Shown: positions 50,789 through 60,544 of the stretch, one piece after another | Numbering within the stretch: the stretch's first letter is position 1 | Layout of the letters: each line of letters opens with the position of its first letter | Assembly (NCBI GenBank): GCA_965660855.1 | Contig: CBFIBM010000003.1 | Coordinates: 32,001-96,000, forward strand | Source of the DNA: an uncultured bacterium | Lineage (GTDB): Bacteria; Fidelibacterota; Marinisomatia; Marinisomatales; UBA1611 | Reading direction: 5' to 3' | Length of the DNA stretch: 64,000 nt | Notes under the pieces: model-generated | Seen by the model: only the letters and a program-made list of their open reading frames with translations | Told to the model about the DNA's origin: nothing | Database searches by the model: none | Made by a program: the position numbers and the translations under genes

Positions 50789-51214
50789 TTAAAAATTATC
50801 TCTTAGCATTTTTTTCAACTCTGCTTCATGCATTTCTTCTGTTGCGATTTGACTTCGGGCATATTCTTCAAGCATTATAGAGCCACCTTCAACTGTTTTT
50901 AATAGTTTATAATATGCTTTGATTGCTTCTCTTTCATGTTCGAGACATTCATTCAATATGTCTTCGGTTGAATGTTTATGAGTCTCCAGTAGATCACTAA
51001 TCTTTAAGGTAGGATGTTCCCCCAAGCTTGTAATATGTTCACCAACTGCTTCAGCATGAGTGAGTGATTCAAGAGCTTGTTCCCGCAGCCATTGAACAAC
51101 AGATAATCTGTAAGGTCCCTGTACCATAAAAGCATAATGTGTATATCTAACAACCCCAGCTAACTCTAATTCTAAGATATTATTTAGAGACTTAAGAACT
51201 TCTTTTTGTTTCAT
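50789..51214 (-). CDS. Bacterioferritin-like ferritin-fold protein
   Basis: LELELAG..RY, ESLTH, EHE, EEMH diiron pattern. Confidence 0.85.
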   Translation of the reverse strand: MKQKEVLKSLNNILELELAGVVRYTHYAFMVQGPYRLSVVQWLREQALESLTHAEAVGEHITSLGEHPTLKISDLLETHKHSTEDILNECLEHEREAIKAYYKLLKTVEGGSIMLEEYARSQIATEEMHEAELKKMLRDNF

Positions 51215-51316
51215 ATTTTTTAACCTATATAATATATTTTTTTGATGGATTAAATTAAAAAATAAAAATGTAAAATCTTAATTACATTTTGTATGAAGTT
51301 AATACTTGTTTTAATT

Positions 51317-51334
51317 TTCGAATATGTATTCGAA
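51317..51334. promoter_or_regulatory. Perfect 8-2-8 inverted repeat, candidate TetR operator
   Basis: TTCGAATA-TG-TATTCGAA, 18 nt before the tetR start. Confidence 0.55.
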
Positions 51335-51352
51335 TAATAAAATATAAAAAAG

Positions 51353-51955
51353 ATGCCAATATCAGAACGACAATTGGAAGAAAGAAAAATGCGAAAAGAT
51401 CGTATTCTCGATGGTGCTTTAGAAGTTTTTAAAGAGAAAGGATTAGAAGGAGCAACTATGGACGAGATTGCGAATTCTTCAGGGTTTGGTAAGGCGACCT
51501 TATATTATTACTTCAAATCAAAAGAAGATGTTCTCAGCGAAATATTAAATGATGGTTGGATAAAAATTTTAGAATCTTTAGAACCTATAATTGGGAGTCA
51601 AGAATCACCCCGAAAAACTTTTGTTAATTTGTTAATGAAAATTGCAGAACATGCACAAAGAAGGCCTGGATTATTTGAATTTTTGTTCAATGTTCCTAAA
51701 GCAGTAAAACTAGAGATTCAACCCTGGAAAGAGCATCAACATAGGCTATATACTGTAATAAAAGGTCTACTTGAGGATGGAATAAGAGCTGGTGAATTTC
51801 CTAGCATTGAGCCTCAGTTAATGTTTAAGGCTTTAGGAGGTTTATTTATGGGGCTAGTTTTTATGGGTGATAAGAAGAATACTGTTTCTGAAAAAGAAAT
51901 TGAAGAACTTCTGAACCAATTAATTATTGAACCTCACTCAATAAAGAATCACTAA
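51353..51955 (+). CDS. TetR/AcrR family transcriptional regulator
   Basis: ILDGALEVF...ATMDEIA..SGFGKATLYYYFKSKED. Confidence 0.95.
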   Translation: MPISERQLEERKMRKDRILDGALEVFKEKGLEGATMDEIANSSGFGKATLYYYFKSKEDVLSEILNDGWIKILESLEPIIGSQESPRKTFVNLLMKIAEHAQRRPGLFEFLFNVPKAVKLEIQPWKEHQHRLYTVIKGLLEDGIRAGEFPSIEPQLMFKALGGLFMGLVFMGDKKNTVSEKEIEELLNQLIIEPHSIKNH

Positions 51956-51957
51956 AC

Positions 51958-54102
51958 TTGAAAATAACATTTCCAGTTGTTTTGTTAGCTTTCTTGTATT
52001 TTTTTTTTCATGAACTTTATGGGGAAATTAGAGGAAAAGTAATAGATCAGACCTCAGGCAAGCCAATTAAGGATGTTGAAATTACAATACCAGGAACAAG
52101 AATTGGAGTAATTTCAGATGCAGAGGGCTTTTTTAAAATAGAACATCAATCAAAAGAAAAAAAAATTCAATTAAGTCATATTGCTTATGAAAATCAATAT
52201 ATGACTTTAAATGAGATTGACACTGCTATTGTTGTTAAATTAAAAGAATCGCTTCTGCATATGGAAGATATTGTAGTTACAAGTATGCGCAGTGGTTACT
52301 TATTAAGAGATGTTCCAGTTTCAACTGAAGTAATAAGCAAAAAAGAAATATCCAGCTCCGGTGCAATAACAGTCGACGAGATTATGAGCCAACGCGCAGG
52401 TGTTTCAAGTTCAGTTAATGTTGATGGTGGCGCTATTTTTAACCTTCTAGGTCTAGATTCCAGATATATATTAGTTTTAAAAAATGGACAACCCATTACG
52501 GGAAGGTTTAATAATCGGGTAGATTTAAGTCAAATAAGCTTAAATAGAGTGCAAAAAATTGAAATTACTAAAGGACCTGGTTCCGCACTTTATGGAACAG
52601 ATGCAATGGGTGGAATTATAAATATTATAACCGATGATGATAGTAGTGAAGAGTATAATTTAAGTTATAGAGCTACAACTTTTGGTAGTAATCTATCACA
52701 AATTAAAACTGAACCAATCAATAATGTTTTATCAGGGAATATTGTTTATCCAATAAAAAATTTCATTATTTATTCGGACATAACATTTCAAAATTTTTTT
52801 AAAGGTCAACAATTCGAATACATTAGTGCGGATGAGATCGACAAAACAAATACAAATACCGAATTAAGGTGGATTTTAAATAATAGGCATTTATTTTTTT
52901 TAAACATACAAACATTTAATCAAAATGACAATGGATCTACTAGGACGGCTTTTGGTGATGTTTTGTTTAATAATTCTACAAAAATAGTCAGATCCCAGGT
53001 TTCTTTTAAGTATGATTGGAACTATTCAGAAAATGCAAAACTTGAACAATCATTTAGAATTTCAAACTATCGAAGAAATTATTCCGTGATCAATAAAGAT
53101 AATGAGATTTACAAGAAGGACCTTACAAAAGAAAAAGACATAGAATATGAAGTCATGTATACAAAATCTTATCCTAAATTTAATTTAGTATATGGAATGG
53201 AGTTTTCTCGGCCTGAATATATTAGTGACAGAATTATAGGAGGAAATCAATTATTTTATCAAAATGGGGTTTTTATTCAAACAGATATTGATATTTTCGA
53301 AAATATTGATTTTGTCACAGGAATTCGTGTTGATCGTTTTCAAGATACAGTTGTAGTAAGCCCTAGACTTGCAATTTCATATAAAAGTAAAAATAATTTG
53401 AAATTTAGAGGAGCATACGGATCAGGTTTTAGGTCTCCATCTTTTATGGAGTCTTTAATTGATTGGGAACATGTTCAATTTGATTACAGAGTTATTGGAA
53501 ATCAAAATTTAAAACCAGAAGTCTCAAAAGGTTTAACTCTAGGAGCTGAGTATACAAATAATAGTAATTTTCAGTTAAGTATTTTAATTTATAAAAATAA
53601 TTTTAAAAATTTGATTGAAGATTATTCTATAGAACCAGGAGTATTAAGCTATAGAAATATAAGTATAGCAAAATTTAGTGGATTTGAGCTAACCTCTAAA
53701 TGGGCAATAGGATCAAAAGCATCTTTAAGTAATACTTATAATTATGTTGAGAATGTTGATGGAAATGATAAAACTATTCCCAATACTATTCCTCATTCAT
53801 TAGGCTCAAGGTTCTCTTTATCCTTTTTACAAAATACAATGCTGTTATCACTAATCACTAAAATTAGTGGTAGTTATTATCCACAAGAATTTGATCCAGG
53901 TTCTGGCGATTATATTTCAACAAATAAAGCAGTTAATACTTCAATTGTATCAGATTTTATTATTCAATATACACTGAGTGGTGAGAACAAAATAAAATTT
54001 GGATTAAAAAACTTAGGTAACTACACAAATTCTACCTATGGTCCATATATTGGTAGAGTTGCCTATTTAGAAATACAAAAATCAATAAACAATAACAAAT
54101 AG
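51958..54102 (+). CDS. TonB-dependent receptor (HmuR/CirA-like)
   Basis: VVTSMR, IEITKGPGSALYGTDAMGGIINIIT, GFRSPS, GNQNLKPE (FRAP/NPNL-like). Confidence 0.9.
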   Translation: MKITFPVVLLAFLYFFFHELYGEIRGKVIDQTSGKPIKDVEITIPGTRIGVISDAEGFFKIEHQSKEKKIQLSHIAYENQYMTLNEIDTAIVVKLKESLLHMEDIVVTSMRSGYLLRDVPVSTEVISKKEISSSGAITVDEIMSQRAGVSSSVNVDGGAIFNLLGLDSRYILVLKNGQPITGRFNNRVDLSQISLNRVQKIEITKGPGSALYGTDAMGGIINIITDDDSSEEYNLSYRATTFGSNLSQIKTEPINNVLSGNIVYPIKNFIIYSDITFQNFFKGQQFEYISADEIDKTNTNTELRWILNNRHLFFLNIQTFNQNDNGSTRTAFGDVLFNNSTKIVRSQVSFKYDWNYSENAKLEQSFRISNYRRNYSVINKDNEIYKKDLTKEKDIEYEVMYTKSYPKFNLVYGMEFSRPEYISDRIIGGNQLFYQNGVFIQTDIDIFENIDFVTGIRVDRFQDTVVVSPRLAISYKSKNNLKFRGAYGSGFRSPSFMESLIDWEHVQFDYRVIGNQNLKPEVSKGLTLGAEYTNNSNFQLSILIYKNNFKNLIEDYSIEPGVLSYRNISIAKFSGFELTSKWAIGSKASLSNTYNYVENVDGNDKTIPNTIPHSLGSRFSLSFLQNTMLLSLITKISGSYYPQEFDPGSGDYISTNKAVNTSIVSDFIIQYTLSGENKIKFGLKNLGNYTNSTYGPYIGRVAYLEIQKSINNNK

Positions 54103-54109
54103 AGGAAAA

Positions 54110-54634
54110 ATGAAAAATACAGGAATCTTTTTACTATCTTTTTTAATATTTATGTTAGGATGTGAGGATAGCAAAAATAATGAGAATAATGATGATAGTG
54201 CAGCTGCCATTCAGGTTTACACAGGTAATATAATGGAATCAAATTTTTATTATAATTTATCTACTAACTCAGAAGTAAGTTCTGAAGATACTTGGCATAT
54301 CTCAGCACAGATAAAGCAAGTAGATTTTGGTGGTCAATCATATGGAATGCCAAGCATTGTTTTAGGGAATGTATATGCACAATTATCAGATAGTACATTT
54401 AATGAAGTAACGGTACCACCAAGTCAGACTTCTGCTTGGTATCAAGATAACAGTGCTGTTGAGTACGGAGGGATAGATGAAATAATTAGCTATAATATGA
54501 CATCTCATGTAGCTAGTATTGAAAATCCAAGTCGTACTTTTATTATTTATGAGTATATAGGTCATACCACCTACAAGATTCAGTTTCTTGAGTATACTGA
54601 CGGGGTAGTCTCTTTACAATTTTTTGCATTATAA
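54110..54634 (+). CDS. HmuY-like lipoprotein
   Basis: Lipobox MLGC; YYNL...WHI, YNMTSH, YKIQFLEY..G.V.L.F pattern; follows the TBDR. Confidence 0.65.
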   Translation: MKNTGIFLLSFLIFMLGCEDSKNNENNDDSAAAIQVYTGNIMESNFYYNLSTNSEVSSEDTWHISAQIKQVDFGGQSYGMPSIVLGNVYAQLSDSTFNEVTVPPSQTSAWYQDNSAVEYGGIDEIISYNMTSHVASIENPSRTFIIYEYIGHTTYKIQFLEYTDGVVSLQFFAL

Positions 54635-55043
54635 ATTGAATAAAAATCAACATAATATACTGCCATCGAGTAATTTTTTTACTCGATGGCTGTGGCTTCT
54701 CATTGGCCTTATTCTAACGGCAATTGGTTTTATTGGAATTGTGGTTCCAGGCTTACCTACTACTATATTTATGATATTAGCGGCAGGTTGTTATTTTCGA
54801 AGCTCGCAAGGATTGTATAATTGGATAATTAATCATAGATACTTTGGACATCATGTTAAAAATTATCGTGAAGGAAGAGGTATGCCTTTAAAAGCAAAAA
54901 TTTTATCCCTTATAATGATGTTTGTTTTTGTTTTTTATGCATTATTCTTTTCAATTCCGGATGATCTATTGTCTTTAAAAATCATTATATTTTTAGTTGC
55001 TTCTTTTGGTGCAAAAACAATTTTAAGTCTTCCGACTAAATAA
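54624..55043 (+). CDS. YbaN/DUF454 inner membrane protein
   Basis: GFIGIVVPGLPTTIF...F.RSS...W...H.YFG. Confidence 0.9.
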   Translation: MHYKLNKNQHNILPSSNFFTRWLWLLIGLILTAIGFIGIVVPGLPTTIFMILAAGCYFRSSQGLYNWIINHRYFGHHVKNYREGRGMPLKAKILSLIMMFVFVFYALFFSIPDDLLSLKIIIFLVASFGAKTILSLPTK

Positions 55044-55113
55044 CATATTTTTAATGTTACTTTATAATTCTGAGATATAAAACCAGATACGATAATTTTA
55101 ATAATAGTAAGAT

Positions 55114-55815
55114 TTGTATATGAATTTCTATTCTTTATTTGGTTTTATACCTAAACATACTTTGCTAGTTGTTTTACCAAGATTAGCTACAATTTTATTT
55201 ATTTTTTTTCAGCTTGCGGGAATGTTTTTATATCCAGGAGGTACAATGTTTAATTCCGCGTCAAAGGGTTATACTTTTTCAGAAAACTTTTTTTCGGATA
55301 TGGGCGCATATACTGCAAGGAATGGAGAACCAAACTATCTTTCAATGATTCTGTTTTCGTTTTCATTAGCTATTGTAGGGGTAACATTTATATTATATTA
55401 CTTTACACTGCCTTTACTTTTCAAAAGTAATAAATTAAATTATTTATTTACTTTGATTGGTACTTTATTTGCATTTATGGGTTCTATATGTTTAATTGGA
55501 ACAGGTCTGACACCATCTGATCTAGTTTTGAAAAGTCATCAGTTTTTTGCAAACAATATTTTTTATTCCTTCTTATTAACTTCATTCTTTTATACTATAG
55601 CTATTTTTAGATCAAATCAAATAGAAAAAAAATATGCTATTGGTTATTTTATATTTTTTTTATCAATATTCATCTATGTGGGAATACTAAATTTTGGGCC
55701 ATCGGCTGATTTAAACAATTCAGCTCTTATTTTTCAAGTTATTTCACAAAAAATTATAGTATTAGTTTTTATTTTTTCAGTTATCCACCAAACATTTGGT
55801 TTCTCAAAGTTATAA
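55114..55815 (+). CDS. DUF998-like multi-pass membrane protein
   Basis: YPGG...GY.F..NFFSDMG, conserved His, ~6 TMs. Confidence 0.6.
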   Translation: MYMNFYSLFGFIPKHTLLVVLPRLATILFIFFQLAGMFLYPGGTMFNSASKGYTFSENFFSDMGAYTARNGEPNYLSMILFSFSLAIVGVTFILYYFTLPLLFKSNKLNYLFTLIGTLFAFMGSICLIGTGLTPSDLVLKSHQFFANNIFYSFLLTSFFYTIAIFRSNQIEKKYAIGYFIFFLSIFIYVGILNFGPSADLNNSALIFQVISQKIIVLVFIFSVIHQTFGFSKL

Positions 55816-55931
55816 ATTAAAGATGCTAAAATATTAAATAGAATTGAGTTTTTAAAATATAGTAAATCATAGATAAATTGTATCAATCAAAATTTTTGAA
55901 TATTGAATTATAGTATATTAGGAGGACAATA

Positions 55932-56123
55932 GTGAAAAATTTATCAGTAATAATTTTTTCTTTCTTTTCTTTAATCATAGCTATTTCCGCTATGAATTAT
56001 GAAATAAATACTAGTTCTCCTAATTGTGTACCATTCAAAGGAAAAGGGTTTAACTCTTGTTGTTCAATTGATATGAAATCAACATACAACAAATCATGTG
56101 AAAAGAATTGCTGTCTCAAATAA
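55932..56123 (+). CDS. Small exported Cys-rich protein
   Basis: GGAGG RBS plus GTG; signal peptide; 6 Cys including two CC pairs. Confidence 0.6.
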   Translation: MKNLSVIIFSFFSLIIAISAMNYEINTSSPNCVPFKGKGFNSCCSIDMKSTYNKSCEKNCCLK

Positions 56124-56139
56124 CCGAGTAGCTAGCTTT

Positions 56140-57528
56140 ATGAAAAATTACATTACCCTATTCAGTTTAATAACTATAGTTAGTTCTGAACCAGGAGACT
56201 TAGTTGAATATAATTTTCAAAATAGAGTTCCAGTAACCTCGATAAATAACATTATTAGTAGTCTTGCTAATTCTCTTGGTTTTAATTCTTTTGATTTGAA
56301 TTATTCAATTAATATATATGATATTCATTATGAATCTATAAATGTTGAGGGTAGCTTGGATACTTTATCAGGATTGATATGTATCCCAGAATCTAATACT
56401 AAATCATTTCCGATTTTAAGTTATCAACATGGCACTCAAATACTTGATTCTTCTGCACCATCAATTGTAGGAGTAAGCCTATCTGGAATATATAATAATT
56501 TTGAAACTACTTTAATTGGTTTGATTACAGCATCATCGGGTTTTATATCTTTGCTTCCTGATTACGAAGGTCTGGGAAATACTGAAAGGTTTCATCCTTA
56601 TATTGTTGGTGAATCTTATGGTAAATCTTTGGTAAATATGATCCGTGCATCAAAAAAATTTTCCAAAGAAATAAATGGTGCCCAAAAATTTCAAAGTAAT
56701 AATCAATTATTTTTACTGGGCTATTCAGAAGGAGGATATGCTACTCTTGCGGCCCAAAAAGATATTGAACTTAATTTTTTTGACGAGTTCCAAATTACAG
56801 CCTCTTTTCCAATGGCGGGACCATATGACCTTTCGGGCACAATGGTTGACTATTTTTTATCTGATCCTGATTACTCACAACCATACTATGTACCATATGT
56901 ATTGACTAGTTATTTATGGACTTATGAGGGGTTGGATGTCGATTTTTCTGATTACTTTACTCCATTTTGGGCTGAAAACCTTCCTATTCTTTATGATGGT
57001 AGTCATTCCTCCAGTGAAATAAATTCAATGATGCCTAATAACCCACTTGATATTTTATTACCTGAGGTATTGGAAGAATTTCAGAATAATCAGGATCACT
57101 TTTTTAGGCAAACGTTGCAAGAAAATACTCTTTTGGATTGGACTCCATTAAGTCCTACATTTTTTTATCATGGTTTAGGTGATGATATAATACCTTATCA
57201 AAATAGCCAGGCTGTGTATAATATATTTACAGAAAATGGTGCTTCTAATGTAAACCTAATACTCTTTCCAGAAGTTCTAGGTGGTCACTCTGAGGTCGCA
57301 ATAACGTGTTTATTATCAGGGTTTGAAACTGCTTTAGATTATCAAATCATAAATAATAAAGGAGATGTAAATATTGATGGCAACATAACTATTTTAGATC
57401 TAACAATAGTGATATCTCATCTGTTTGATGAAACAAATTTTTTAGACCTTGAGTATTGGGCTGCAGATGTAAATTTTGATAATAATATATCTTTATTTGA
57501 TATTTTGCTTTTAGCAGATAGTTTATAA
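56140..57528 (+). CDS. Secreted alpha/beta hydrolase (secretory lipase-like) with C-terminal dockerin
   Basis: YQHGT, PDYEGLG, GYSEGG, HG..DDIIP, H; GDVNIDG....D / ADVNFD....D. Confidence 0.88.
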   Translation: MKNYITLFSLITIVSSEPGDLVEYNFQNRVPVTSINNIISSLANSLGFNSFDLNYSINIYDIHYESINVEGSLDTLSGLICIPESNTKSFPILSYQHGTQILDSSAPSIVGVSLSGIYNNFETTLIGLITASSGFISLLPDYEGLGNTERFHPYIVGESYGKSLVNMIRASKKFSKEINGAQKFQSNNQLFLLGYSEGGYATLAAQKDIELNFFDEFQITASFPMAGPYDLSGTMVDYFLSDPDYSQPYYVPYVLTSYLWTYEGLDVDFSDYFTPFWAENLPILYDGSHSSSEINSMMPNNPLDILLPEVLEEFQNNQDHFFRQTLQENTLLDWTPLSPTFFYHGLGDDIIPYQNSQAVYNIFTENGASNVNLILFPEVLGGHSEVAITCLLSGFETALDYQIINNKGDVNIDGNITILDLTIVISHLFDETNFLDLEYWAADVNFDNNISLFDILLLADSL

Positions 57529-57535
57529 TATTTCT

Positions 57536-57625
57536 ATGAAAAAATATGTTATAAGAGGATTAATAATTTTATTTCTCTGCTACTTATTATTTTACTACCT
57601 ATTAATTTGGTCAACTTATTTTTGA
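57536..57625 (+). CDS. Small single-TM peptide (29 aa)
   Basis: MKKYVIRGLIILFLCYLLFYYLLIWSTYF; TGATG coupling to the next ORF. Confidence 0.45.
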   Translation: MKKYVIRGLIILFLCYLLFYYLLIWSTYF

Positions 57626-57795
57626 TGAAGTTAAGTTTAAAAAAAATATTATTAATGATTTTTTGGATGGGTATAGCAGGGGGTATAGTTATTATTTTAG
57701 ATAGGTTTTTTAATCCTCCAGATGAAATATCAGGAGTGCTATATTTTTTGAGTATTGGAATAGCTGCTTCTGCAACTTTGAACTATTATAAGTAA
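57625..57795 (+). CDS. Small 2-TM protein
   Basis: ATG 57625; two hydrophobic helices. Confidence 0.55.
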   Translation: MKLSLKKILLMIFWMGIAGGIVIILDRFFNPPDEISGVLYFLSIGIAASATLNYYK

Positions 57796-57800
57796 GTTTT

Positions 57801-58415
57801 ATGAAGAAAAAAGCCACAGATATTTTTAGTGATTGGGCAGAAAACGGTAAAGATTTAGGAATGGAGATATCACATTCAAAAGCAGTAAACACCATGCTTA
57901 AATATTTATTAAGAAACCAAAAAAAATCTTTTGATTTTATTGATGCAGGTTGTGGAAATGGATGGGTAATTAGAAAAGTTAAAAAGAATAAACAATGTAA
58001 GGTTGCTATTGGAGTTGATGGGGCTAAAATTATGATAGAAAAAGCAGTCGTTAATGATCCAAAAGGGAAATATTATCATACAGATTTATTAAAGTGGTCT
58101 CCCAATAAAAAAGTTGACTTTATTCATAGTATGGAGGTCTTATATTACTTTAATAAACCTAAAACTTTAATAACTCATATGATTACTTCTTGGTTAAAAC
58201 CTGGTGGAAAATTTATTTCTGGATTAGATTATTATGAAGAAAATATAAACTCTCATACATGGCCTACTAGTTTGAACACAGATATGACCTTGTTATCAAT
58301 GCAAAAATGGGGCGATTTATTAAAAAATTGTGGTTTGAAAAATATTAAAGTTTTTCAAACTAATACTTCTTCAACATTCCTTGGAACTCTTGTTATATAC
58401 GGAGAAAAAGAATAA
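57801..58415 (+). CDS. Class I SAM-dependent methyltransferase
   Basis: IDAGCGNGW, GVD, SMEVLYY, LKPGG. Confidence 0.9.
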   Translation: MKKKATDIFSDWAENGKDLGMEISHSKAVNTMLKYLLRNQKKSFDFIDAGCGNGWVIRKVKKNKQCKVAIGVDGAKIMIEKAVVNDPKGKYYHTDLLKWSPNKKVDFIHSMEVLYYFNKPKTLITHMITSWLKPGGKFISGLDYYEENINSHTWPTSLNTDMTLLSMQKWGDLLKNCGLKNIKVFQTNTSSTFLGTLVIYGEKE

Positions 58416-58416
58416 A

Positions 58417-58923
58417 ATGCCTTTTCGTGGTAAAAAATATAATTGGTTACTGTTAATAATTTTTTTGTCAATAATAAATTTAATAAATGGTCAAAACTCT
58501 ACAAAACTCAAACATAAAAGAGGGAATATGAAAAAAACTGACTCCGAATGGGAAAAAATATTATCTGCTGAAGAATATCATATTTTAAGAGAAAAAGGAA
58601 CTGAGCGTGCATTTACAGGTGAGTATGACAAACATTTTGAAGAAGGGACTTATGTGTGCTCTGGTTGTGGAACAAAAATTTTTGAATCAGATTCAAAATA
58701 TAATTCTGGGTGTGGGTGGCCTGCTTTCTCTGAGGCAGTTCCTAATTCTGTTGAAGAGACTCAAGATAATAGTTTTGGCATGAGACGCATAGAAATCACA
58801 TGCAAAAATTGTGATGGACATTTAGGACATGTTTTTAATGATGGACCGAAGCCAACAGGAATTCGCTATTGTATAAATTCAGTTGCAATGGATTTCTTAC
58901 CACAAGATAATAAAAAGAAATAG
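58417..58923 (+). CDS. msrB: Peptide-methionine (R)-S-oxide reductase
   Basis: GTERAFTG, CSGC, SGCGWPAF, CKNC..HLGHVF.DGP...RYCINS. Confidence 0.95.
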   Translation: MPFRGKKYNWLLLIIFLSIINLINGQNSTKLKHKRGNMKKTDSEWEKILSAEEYHILREKGTERAFTGEYDKHFEEGTYVCSGCGTKIFESDSKYNSGCGWPAFSEAVPNSVEETQDNSFGMRRIEITCKNCDGHLGHVFNDGPKPTGIRYCINSVAMDFLPQDNKKK

Positions 58924-58926
58924 CCT

Positions 58927-59532
58927 TTATCTATAAATAAATTCTTGGATAGTTCGTCGTTCTGTAAGTGGAATTTTATGGCCGGTTGAAAATAATTTTA
59001 GGGATACTAAATAGCCTTGAGATTTCAATATTGTGTAAGATTCCTCACTTTCTAAAGGAAAAACTATTTCATCCTTTTGTCCATGTAATAAAAGAACACG
59101 TGTTTTTTTGCTATATATATTAAATTCATCTTTTGATTTATTTTTAAATTTAAAAAAACCTGCAATAGGTATTACACCTCCTAATGAAAAATTTTGACGT
59201 ATTAAAAACTCTAAGGAAATGCTTGCCCCTTGAGAAAAACCCAAAATAAAGATATCTTTATTTAAAAAACCTTCTTTATTAGCTAATTTAATAATTTCTG
59301 AAATAATTTTGATTGACTTATTACATTTCCATTTCTGTTTATCATCTTGGAAATACCAAGAGTATCCTTTTTTTGGAGATACGTAGGGTGCTTCGGGTAT
59401 TAGCCATTTAGTTTTTTTTAGATTTAACATTTTAGCTATCGGTTTCATTGAATTTATGTCCCCGGTCCACCCATGAAGAGCAACCACTGCCCTTGTGGGC
59501 TTTTCAGATGTTGAAAAAGATTCTAATTTCAT
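58927..59532 (-). CDS. Phospholipase/carboxylesterase (alpha/beta hydrolase)
   Basis: LHG, GFSQG, HG..DE.V, GH. Confidence 0.9.
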   Translation of the reverse strand: MKLESFSTSEKPTRAVVALHGWTGDINSMKPIAKMLNLKKTKWLIPEAPYVSPKKGYSWYFQDDKQKWKCNKSIKIISEIIKLANKEGFLNKDIFILGFSQGASISLEFLIRQNFSLGGVIPIAGFFKFKNKSKDEFNIYSKKTRVLLLHGQKDEIVFPLESEESYTILKSQGYLVSLKLFSTGHKIPLTERRTIQEFIYR

Positions 59533-59577
59533 TTAAGATAAATCGATGATTAATATACTTTGTATTTAATTTATCTT

Positions 59578-60243
59578 TTATAATAAATTAGATTTTCTTG
59601 ATTCTTCGTAATCAGTCATTCTTTTTGAAAAATCCTTAAAATTTACTGCTTGGAGTAAAGAGCTAATTTTTATATTGTCTTTTAATGTAATACTTTTTTT
59701 CTCACTATAGTGATGTCCTGGATAAACTCGTAAATGATCTGGAAGTTTTAAAATTTTATTATAAATAGATAAATACAAATCTTCTATATCGCTCCCTGAG
59801 CTAATTACGCGCCCAGTTCTTCCGACAAACAACGTGTCGCCAGTAAAAATAACAGGTGATAAAAAGTAGCAAATCGAGTCAAAATAGTGTCCAGGTGTAT
59901 GGATACTTTTAATTTTTAAATCTCCAATTTTTATAATTTCATTATCATTAATAATTTTAAAATTTGAATATAAAAATTTATCTGATGATTCAGGATGCCC
60001 AAAAATAAATATTTCTGGATTATTAATTACATATTCATCAATATATTTGATGTGATCATGATGACTATGGGTAATTAATATTGCAGCAGGGGCTCTTTTT
60101 AGAAATGGCTTAATAGAGGAAAATTCAACTGAGGGGTCAATAATTACTTGTATTCCACTCGCATAGCATGTTAAGACGTAGCAAAAATTATTATCATAAC
60201 CACCTAATACAGATTGAATAGAATAATTTGAATTGTTTATCAT
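59578..60243 (-). CDS. MBL-fold metallo-hydrolase (glyoxalase II-like)
   Basis: THSHHDH, TPGH, FTGDTLF, YPGH. Confidence 0.9.
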   Translation of the reverse strand: MINNSNYSIQSVLGGYDNNFCYVLTCYASGIQVIIDPSVEFSSIKPFLKRAPAAILITHSHHDHIKYIDEYVINNPEIFIFGHPESSDKFLYSNFKIINDNEIIKIGDLKIKSIHTPGHYFDSICYFLSPVIFTGDTLFVGRTGRVISSGSDIEDLYLSIYNKILKLPDHLRVYPGHHYSEKKSITLKDNIKISSLLQAVNFKDFSKRMTDYEESRKSNLL

Positions 60244-60343
60244 GAATTTTTAGAGAGTTTCTATAATTTTTTGTAGATTTAGGCATATTGAAATTACATT
60301 ATTAAACAATATAATATCTCAATAAATAAATAGAGGTTATTAA

Positions 60344-60511
60344 ATGAAAAATAAACAAATAGCATGGTATCTCATTTTTGCTGGCCTCATAATATTTATG
60401 ATAGAGTTTGTAACAACTATTTTAGCTTTTATTGGAAACCATCCATTACTTGGTTTAGCATGTCTAATTATACTAGTGGGTATTTTTCTTCTTGCATATG
60501 ATGATGAATAA
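60344..60511 (+). CDS. Small 2-TM protein (55 aa)
   Basis: GAGG RBS; MKNKQIAWYLIFAG...LLAYDDE; absent from ORF track. Confidence 0.6.
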   Translation: MKNKQIAWYLIFAGLIIFMIEFVTTILAFIGNHPLLGLACLIILVGIFLLAYDDE

Positions 60512-60544
60512 ATGATGACTTTAATAAAAAAAAAGGGAAACTAA

